The position numbers were made by a program, and so were the translations under genes. From Christensenella sp. UBA7571 (GTDB lineage: Bacteria; Bacillota; Clostridia; Christensenellales; CAG-917): DNA of 64,000 nt. The first letter of the stretch is position 1, and every line of letters starts with the position of its first letter. Below, in pieces: positions 57,518-64,000 of this stretch. The notes under the pieces were generated by a model. It searched no databases. It worked only from the letters and a program-made list of their open reading frames with translations, and was not told the origin of the DNA. The stretch is taken from NCBI GenBank assembly GCA_002476605.1, contig DLLD01000015.1, forward strand, positions 9,694 to 73,693, written 5' to 3'.

Positions 57518-57650
57518 GTGTGCATATAATTCGTTTTCGCATTTTAATCTTAAAACTCGCACAAATTGATTTCATTTTTGATATTGATTTTGCACCGATT
57601 GCAGTATATTATAAAATTACATAGGCGAAAGCCACTTTTAGGAGGAAAAT

Positions 57651-58997
57651 ATGTCATATATCAGTGAAGTCATTGAACAGACCGAATTGAAAAACCCGGG
57701 ACAACCCCAATTTATGCAAACGGTGAAAGAGGTTCTTACGTCTCTCGCTCCCGCCGTCGAGCAACACGAAGAAACGATGAGAAAGAACGTTATCCTCGAA
57801 CGCCTCGTAGAACCCGATAGACAAATTATGTTCCGCGTGCCTTGGATGGACGACAACGGTGTATATCACGTCAATCGTGGTTTCCGCGTGCAATTCAACA
57901 ACGCAATCGGACCGTACAAGGGCGGTTTGCGCTTCCAAAAAGACGTCAACCTCGACGCAATGAAGTTCCTCGGTTTTGAACAAACCTTCAAAAACTCCCT
58001 CACTTCCCTTCCTATGGGCGGTGCAAAGGGCGGCGCGGACTTCGATCCCACCGGCAAGAGCGACGCTGAAATTATGCGTTTCTGCCAATCCTTTATGAAC
58101 GAACTTTATCGCCACATCGGACCGAGTATGGACGTCCCCGCGGGTGATATGGGCGTCGGCGGAAGAGAAATCGGTTATCTCTTCGGACAATACAAAAAAA
58201 TCGTCGGTTCTTACGAAAACGGCGTTCTCACCGGCAAAGGTTTGAGTTACGGCGGATCTCTCATCCGTCCCGAAGCAACCGGTTACGGCGCAACTTACTT
58301 CCTCGACGAAGTGCTCAAACACGAAGGCGAACAAATCAAAGGCAAGACCTTCTGCCTCAGCGGTTTCGGCAACGTCGCTTGGGGCGCAGCCGCAAAAATC
58401 ACCGAACTCGGCGGTAAGGTCGTCACCCTCTCCGGTCCCGACGGATATATCTACGATCCGGACGGCGTAAGCGGTGAAAAAATCGATTATATGCTCGAAA
58501 TGCGTGCATCTAACCGCAACAAAGTCAAAGATTACGCAGACAAATACGGTTGCGAATTCGTCGCGGGCAAGAAGCCTTGGGGCAACGTCAAAGCAGACGT
58601 TTATATGCCTTGCGCAAGACAAAACGAAGTGCTTCTCGAAGACGCGGAAGCCATGGTCAAACTCGGAGTCCCCGTACTCAACGAAGTTTCCAATATGCCC
58701 ACCACCAACGAGGCAATCGCATACTTGCAATCTCACGGAGTTCTCGTCACTCCGTCCAAAGCAGTCAACGCGGGCGGCGTAGCGACCAGCGGTCTCGAAA
58801 TGTCTCAAAACAGCGAACGTCTCTCTTGGACGGCAGAAGAAGTCGATGCAAAACTCAAACAAATTATGAAAGGCATCCACAACCAAATCTGCGACGCGCT
58901 CAACGCATACGGTCTCGACTACAACCTCGTCAAGGGTGCAAACCTTGCCGGTTTCAAGAAGGTATACGAAGCAATGTTGGCACAAGGCATAAACTGA
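57651..58997 (+). CDS. gdhA: NADP-type glutamate dehydrogenase
   Basis: GGLRFQKDVNLDAMKFLGFEQTFKNSLTSLPMGGAKGGADFDP, PAGDMGVGGREIGYLFGQYKKI, SGFGNVAWGAA. Confidence 0.97.
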   Translation: MSYISEVIEQTELKNPGQPQFMQTVKEVLTSLAPAVEQHEETMRKNVILERLVEPDRQIMFRVPWMDDNGVYHVNRGFRVQFNNAIGPYKGGLRFQKDVNLDAMKFLGFEQTFKNSLTSLPMGGAKGGADFDPTGKSDAEIMRFCQSFMNELYRHIGPSMDVPAGDMGVGGREIGYLFGQYKKIVGSYENGVLTGKGLSYGGSLIRPEATGYGATYFLDEVLKHEGEQIKGKTFCLSGFGNVAWGAAAKITELGGKVVTLSGPDGYIYDPDGVSGEKIDYMLEMRASNRNKVKDYADKYGCEFVAGKKPWGNVKADVYMPCARQNEVLLEDAEAMVKLGVPVLNEVSNMPTTNEAIAYLQSHGVLVTPSKAVNAGGVATSGLEMSQNSERLSWTAEEVDAKLKQIMKGIHNQICDALNAYGLDYNLVKGANLAGFKKVYEAMLAQGIN

Positions 58998-59017
58998 AAA
59001 TCGACGCGATTTTACGA

Positions 59018-59043
59018 AAGACACGCAATTTTGCGTGTCTTTC
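59018..59043 (+). terminator. Terminator after gdhA
   Basis: AAAGACACGCAA-TT-TTGCGTGTCTTT then CTTTT. Confidence 0.8.
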
Positions 59044-59181
59044 TTTTATTCGCTAGATTTTCAGTTTTCTAATCGCGCAACCGCTGTGTTGCTCGCAGTC
59101 CATACACGGACAAAAACTCCCGCCACAATTCCGCCACATCGCTTGCTTGATACTCGCTTCGCTCGTTGTTTTATGCGGATA

Positions 59182-59240
59182 GTAATTTTGGGTTTGCACC
59201 TCACGGGGTGCTTTCTTGTTCTTCATCTATTTTACAGCCT
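59182..59240 (-). repeat. Modular inverted-arm element, copy F (left half and partial core, opposite orientation)
   Basis: Reverse complement reads GGCTGTAAAATAG-ATGAAGAACAAGAAA-GCACCCCGTGAGGTGCAAACCCAAAATTAC. Confidence 0.6.
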
Positions 59241-59296
59241 TTTAGAATTGTGTTTTTATTAAAAAAGGCACTCTATCGAGTGCCTTTTATTTATAA

Positions 59297-59354
59297 TCGG
59301 GTTTGGGTGTCCCACCCACAATTATTAATTAATAATTGCTAATTATTAATTTTA
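59297..59354 (+). repeat. GGGTTTGGGTGTCCCACCC palindrome plus AATTATTAATT tract
   Basis: Same composite as 10837-10892. Confidence 0.65.
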
Positions 59355-59368
59355 ACTCGCACAATTCC

Positions 59369-60865
59369 TCAATAATTTTTGTTCTTTATCATAACGTCGT
59401 GCGCACCGCCCTCGACGATGCTCGTTGCGGATACGAGTGTGAGTTTTGCGTCTTTGTGCAAATCCTCTATCGTAGTAACACCGCAGTTGCACATAGTGGA
59501 CTTGACCTTGTAAAGGCTCCTGCGTACGTTGTCGGAAAGTTTGCCAGCGTACGGCACGTAGGAGTCGACGCCCTCTTCAAAGGAGAGCCCGCTCTTTCCG
59601 CCGAGGTCGTAACGTTGCCAATTCCTTGCGCGGTTGCTACCCTCACCCCAATATTCTTTGACGTAATTGCCGTTGATATTGAGTTTTGCCGTGGGGCTTT
59701 CGTCAAATCTTGCAAAATATCTGCCGAGCATTATAAAGTCCGCGCCCATAGCAAGCGCAAGCGTCATATGGTAGTCTTGCACGATACCGCCGTCAGAGCA
59801 AATGGGGATATATACGCCCGTTTCCTTATAATACTCGTCGCGAGCCGCCGCCACTTCGATAAGCGCGGTTGCTTGCCCTCTGCCTATACCCTTGGTTTCG
59901 CGCGTAATGCAGATAGATCCACCGCCAATGCCTACTTTGACGAAGTCCGCACCCGCTTTTGCGAGGAACAAAAATCCGTCTCTGTCCACGACGTTGCCCG
60001 CACCTACGAGCACGCTGTCGCCGTATTTGGTTCTAATAAAATCGATGGTCTTTTGTTGCCAAACTGTGTATCCCTCACTGCTGTCAATGCAAAGAACGTC
60101 CGCGCCCGCGTCCACGAGAAGCGGAACCCTCTTTTGGTAATCCAACGTGTTTATACCCGCGCCGACGAGATATCTCTTTTCGCTATCGAGCACTTCGAGC
60201 GGATTTTCTTTGTGTTGTTCGTAGTCTTTTCTAAATACGAAATAAAGCAATCTGTCCTCTTCGTCCACGATGGGCAACGTATTGAGTTTGTTGTCCCAAA
60301 TGATATCGTTTGCCTCTGAAAGCGTCACGGTTGAGGGTGCGACCACGAGTTTTTCTCTCGGAGTCATAAACGAGGACACTTTATCTTCAAGCGACATTCT
60401 CGACACGCGATAGTCTCTGCTCGTAACCATACCCAAAAGTTTTCCGTTTGACGTACCGTCCGAAGTCACGGCTATGGTATTGTGTCCGTTTCTCTCAACG
60501 AGGTCGAGCACGTCTTTGAGCGTATCGCCGGGAGTGAGATTGCTGTCGCTCACCACGAAACCCGCCTTATACGCCTTGACTCTGCGCACCATATTCGCTT
60601 CGCTTTCGGGTGATTGCGAACCGTATATAAAAGAAATTCCGCCCTCTTTGGCAAGCGCAATAGCCATTTTGTCATCGCTGACCGATTGCATAATTGCCGA
60701 AACGAGCGGAATATTCAACGTGATTTTGGGTGCTTCGCCTTTTTTGAACTTGACGAGCGGAGTTTGCAGACTGACGTTTGCCGGTATGCATTTTTCCGAC
60801 GTATATCCGGGGATAAGCAGATACTCGCTGAAAGTTCTCGACGGCTCTTGGGAATACTTTGCCAT
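59369..60865 (-). CDS. guaB: IMP dehydrogenase
   Basis: [27 protein letters not shown] region, [57 protein letters not shown]. Confidence 0.93.
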   Translation of the reverse strand: MAKYSQEPSRTFSEYLLIPGYTSEKCIPANVSLQTPLVKFKKGEAPKITLNIPLVSAIMQSVSDDKMAIALAKEGGISFIYGSQSPESEANMVRRVKAYKAGFVVSDSNLTPGDTLKDVLDLVERNGHNTIAVTSDGTSNGKLLGMVTSRDYRVSRMSLEDKVSSFMTPREKLVVAPSTVTLSEANDIIWDNKLNTLPIVDEEDRLLYFVFRKDYEQHKENPLEVLDSEKRYLVGAGINTLDYQKRVPLLVDAGADVLCIDSSEGYTVWQQKTIDFIRTKYGDSVLVGAGNVVDRDGFLFLAKAGADFVKVGIGGGSICITRETKGIGRGQATALIEVAAARDEYYKETGVYIPICSDGGIVQDYHMTLALAMGADFIMLGRYFARFDESPTAKLNINGNYVKEYWGEGSNRARNWQRYDLGGKSGLSFEEGVDSYVPYAGKLSDNVRRSLYKVKSTMCNCGVTTIEDLHKDAKLTLVSATSIVEGGAHDVMIKNKNY

Positions 60866-61003
60866 ATTTCACCTCTATAAAAATTTTTTGTATTCTATCA
60901 TAAAAACGGCGATCTTCAAACCGTTTTACCGCCAAAATTCAAAATTAATTTTTTATATCGAAAGAACGGCGTTTCCGCCGTCCTTTATCAATCGTTTCGT
61001 CTA

Positions 61004-61765
61004 TTATTCAGCGAGTTTTGCACCGCATTTGTGGCAAACCTCGTCTTTGGCTTTGTTTTTTGCGCCACAGTACTTACAAACAACAGTCTTGTTTCCTTTT
61101 TCTTCTTCAATTTTGTTTTCGAGTTGTGCTACTTGCAAGTCTTTTTCCAATTGCTCTATTTGATTATCCGTAGCCTTATCTTCTACTTTTTCTTCCGTCT
61201 TTTTCGCTTTTGGCTTTCTGAACACTACGAACTTTTGCCACATAAATTCAAGCGCAAAGTTGATGACCATAACCGTGCCCTCTGCGATAATCCCCGCAAG
61301 CGTAGCGTTGATTTTTGCGGAAAGCAACGGCTCTATCGTGCAAACGTACCACGTTTGGAAGGGATAGAACGGCACGTAGAACAAAAACGCCAAAATCATT
61401 GCCTTGGGGACGTTGCTTGCGTCCTTAAAGGTGAATTTGCGGTTGAGCGTGAAGTTCCAAAGTATAGACGCGCAAAGTGCCACCGTCGTTGCGACGAAAG
61501 TATTGATTGCCGTCGGTTGGATAAAGTTGATGGTCTTTCCGTCGTCGGGAATGACGTTGTGCAAAATGGTAAACACCACCAATTGTATTATGCCCGCGCT
61601 TGCCGCGCAAAGTGCGTATTTGATAAATTGCATCACGCCTTGACGCTTCTCTTTTTTGGCTTGTTTCTCGGCGTATTTGACGCTGTAATCGGCAAGTATT
61701 CCGCTCGGTTTTTGCTCCTCGCTTACCTCTTGCAACTCGACCGTACGTACGACGTTTTCGTCCAT
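61004..61765 (-). CDS. GtrA-like membrane protein with C-terminal zinc ribbon; start at MDENVVRTV
   Basis: GtrA-like KYALCAASAGIIQLVVFTILHNV...NFTLNRKFTF...VMVINFALEFMWQKFVVF; C-term CKYCGAKNKAKDEVCHKCGAKL. Confidence 0.75.
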   Translation of the reverse strand: MDENVVRTVELQEVSEEQKPSGILADYSVKYAEKQAKKEKRQGVMQFIKYALCAASAGIIQLVVFTILHNVIPDDGKTINFIQPTAINTFVATTVALCASILWNFTLNRKFTFKDASNVPKAMILAFLFYVPFYPFQTWYVCTIEPLLSAKINATLAGIIAEGTVMVINFALEFMWQKFVVFRKPKAKKTEEKVEDKATDNQIEQLEKDLQVAQLENKIEEEKGNKTVVCKYCGAKNKAKDEVCHKCGAKLAE

Positions 61766-62006
61766 AATTTCTACCTCTTTGATAGTATACGAATAGTTTA
61801 ACAATATAAATATGCGATGTCAATATCTATCTTTATTTTCCCTTTATTTATATATATTTTTATCAGCTTTTCCCGCCATAGTTTCGTCGCTTTAATATCG
61901 GTGTACGGAGCGCAAAAAGATTTCTTTTTGTGTCGATTTTGCACGAACGCAAACTTTATATGCGTTTTCGTGCGTATAAACGCGTCGTTTTGGCAAAAAT
62001 GCGTTT

Positions 62007-63437
62007 GTGAATATATCAGAGCTCGAACGACTTCTCAAATCGACTTTCTCGCATAGCGACGACTTTAAGTGTCGTCGTCTTTTCGTAGGGCAAAAGGAAT
62101 GTATGTTTGCCTATCTCGACGGCAATATAGACAAAATGCTCTTTGAGCAAGACATAGTGCGCCCTCTCAAAAACGCCGAGGAATTTGACACGCCTTATCT
62201 CAAAGACCTACAAAACAAGGTTGCTTACGCCGACGAGATAGACGTCGTGCCCGTATCTCAAACGCCCGAGAAAATCGCTTGTTGCGACATAGCGTTTTAT
62301 ATAGACGGTGAAAACGACGCCTATATCTTTTCTTTGCGAAAACCCAGTGCACGCGCGATAGGCGAACCGCCAACGTCCAGCGTTATGAAAGGACCTCGCG
62401 AGGGATTTATCGAGGAAATCAAAACCAATATGTCTCTCATACGCCGTCGTATAAAATCACCCGACCTCGTGGCAAAAACTTTTCAAGTGGGACGATATTC
62501 CTCAACAACGGTTGCGCTTATGTATATAAGAGGCATTGCCGACGACGCAATAGTCGAACAGTTATCTCACAAAATCGAACGCATAGACGTTGACGGAGTA
62601 GTTGACAGCGCGTACGTGCTTTCGTTTATCCAAACTCGCAAAAATTCCTTCTTTTTGCAAGCGGGCTCGACGGAAAAACCCGACGTCGCAAGCGCGAAAC
62701 TTCTCGAAGGGCGCGTTGTGATAATCGTTGACGGCTCACCCATAGTCATAACGCTTCCCTATCTCGTATTCGAGGACGTTCAAGACGGCTACGACTACTA
62801 CTCGGGGGACTGGCGCGCTTCGATGATAAGAATGTTCCGTATGCTCGGTGCGCTTTTGACGGTGCTGTTGCCGGGTGCGTACGTAGCACTGCAAACCTAC
62901 CACTTTCAGTTGCTACCCATAAAATTCCTTATGACGCTTATGGCGGCAACCACCAATATACCCTTCCCGCCCGCAATAGAAATGCTTCTCGTTATGACGC
63001 TTTTCGAGATACTCAACCAAGCGTCCATACGTATGCCTCGCTACTTCGGCATATCCCTATCCGTCGTGGGCGCAATCGTGCTCGGAGACACGGCAGTGAA
63101 AGCGGGACTTATATCCTCGCCCAGCGTCCTCGTAGTCGCGCTGTCGGCAATAGGCATATTCTGCGTGCCCGACCAAGTCGGACCTATGTCTATAATGAGA
63201 TTTTTGTTTTTGTGCGTGAGTGCGGTTACTGGGTTCGTGGGTATGATAGTGCTCACCATAGTCATAATCGCATACCTTGCAAGCCTCGACAACTTCGGCA
63301 CGCCTTACCTTGCCCCGTACGCTCCGCGCATAATCCCCGACCTTCAAGACGGCGTATTGAAAGCGGCCGCTTCGTCAATGGAACTGCGCCCCTACTCTAT
63401 CCCGACGACAAACCGCCGTCGCATAAGAAAATCATAA
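62007..63437 (+). CDS. GerA family spore germination protein
   Basis: EPPTSSVMKGPREGFIEEIKTNMSLIRRRIKSPDLVAKTFQVGRYSSTTVALMYI..., GRVVIIVDGSPIVITLPYLV, multiple TM. Confidence 0.93.
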   Translation: MNISELERLLKSTFSHSDDFKCRRLFVGQKECMFAYLDGNIDKMLFEQDIVRPLKNAEEFDTPYLKDLQNKVAYADEIDVVPVSQTPEKIACCDIAFYIDGENDAYIFSLRKPSARAIGEPPTSSVMKGPREGFIEEIKTNMSLIRRRIKSPDLVAKTFQVGRYSSTTVALMYIRGIADDAIVEQLSHKIERIDVDGVVDSAYVLSFIQTRKNSFFLQAGSTEKPDVASAKLLEGRVVIIVDGSPIVITLPYLVFEDVQDGYDYYSGDWRASMIRMFRMLGALLTVLLPGAYVALQTYHFQLLPIKFLMTLMAATTNIPFPPAIEMLLVMTLFEILNQASIRMPRYFGISLSVVGAIVLGDTAVKAGLISSPSVLVVALSAIGIFCVPDQVGPMSIMRFLFLCVSAVTGFVGMIVLTIVIIAYLASLDNFGTPYLAPYAPRIIPDLQDGVLKAAASSMELRPYSIPTTNRRRIRKS

Positions 63438-63453
63438 AATAAGGACTTTAATC

Positions 63454-64000
63454 GTGCAAAACTTCACTGTAAAACACGGATTGCGAAAAAATCTACCAAT
63501 AGGCACGCTATACAACAATCAAGTGGCAGCAATTATTCTTATGGTTGGAATAGCGTTCAAATTATCCGCCGCCCCGGGTATGATATCCTCCTATTACGGC
63601 TCGTCTACGCTTTGGGTGTTTATAACCTTTTCCGTCTTGGAACTTATTTGTGCCGTAACGATATTTGCGTTTTCGTGTATGAGCGGAGACGGCTTTTTGA
63701 TTGCCACGAATTCGCTTTGGTACAAGGCAACGTGCGCGGTTGCATTCGTGCTGTTGAGCATAAAATGCACGTTCTATTTTTGCTACTGCGCATCGTACCT
63801 CACCCACGAATTGTTTACGGGCGCGCAACCCGTCTTCATATACGTGCTTCTCATAGTGCCGATAATTTACCTCGGCGCAAAAGGCACTCGCTCTGTCGCG
63901 CGCTCTTGCGAATTGTTTGCACCGCTGTTTTTGGCGGTGATAATCCTCAATCTTGCCTTCCTCGATACGGAATTCGATATAGGTCGCAATCTTCCCGTAT
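63454..64000 (+). CDS. Partial multi-TM protein, probable GerAB/GerKB-type germination permease (GTG start), truncated by window edge
   Basis: Uninterrupted hydrophobic frame MQNFTVKHGLRKNLPIGTLYNNQVAAIILMVGIAFKLSAAPGMISS...; immediately downstream of the gerA-like gene. Confidence 0.65.
   Translation, partial: MQNFTVKHGLRKNLPIGTLYNNQVAAIILMVGIAFKLSAAPGMISSYYGSSTLWVFITFSVLELICAVTIFAFSCMSGDGFLIATNSLWYKATCAVAFVLLSIKCTFYFCYCASYLTHELFTGAQPVFIYVLLIVPIIYLGAKGTRSVARSCELFAPLFLAVIILNLAFLDTEFDIGRNLPV

Noticed and set aside
57654-59024. 456-aa ORF antisense to gdhA
   Set aside because: Shadow ORF on gdhA

Overview
64 kb window, apparently chromosomal, from a spore-forming Clostridia/Firmicutes-type bacterium. 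The lineage is inferred from gerA/gerB-like, CwlD-like, DUF3794 and Veg-family genes. It carries mostly housekeeping genes: glnS, truA, ecfT/ecfA2/ecfA1, nifJ, gltX, radC, serS, leuS, tmk-holB-ricT, ung, gdhA and guaB. It also has several lipoprotein and membrane proteins of unknown function. I found no CRISPR array, complete transposase, prophage, rRNA or tRNA. The most interesting material is non-coding. (1) About 290-360 nt of dense, nested secondary structure lies upstream of gdhA (57118-57517), with G-U pairs that only work on the + strand: a candidate structured ncRNA or leader. (2) A modular two-tier inverted-arm element (outer arm, 15-nt spacer, inner arm, conserved CAACCC...TGAGTTG core, then the mirror) recurs at 37169-37411 and 48063-48356, with half copies at 47996 and 59182. 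(3) Arrays of four small covarying hairpins separated by a conserved GTGATATT spacer occur at 10239-10370 and 56774-57057. (4) A 0.3-0.5 kb dispersed repeat has three same-orientation copies. Two repeat families contribute the final codons and stop of neighbouring genes. Gene-level leads are a divergent SLOG-like/XRE pair with palindromic operators, a paired set of large membrane proteins, a split ECF sigma/RsgI-like locus, a TetR-CAT-TIGR04076-flavodoxin cluster, a GtrA-zinc ribbon fusion and an unlisted 43-aa Cys-rich ORF.
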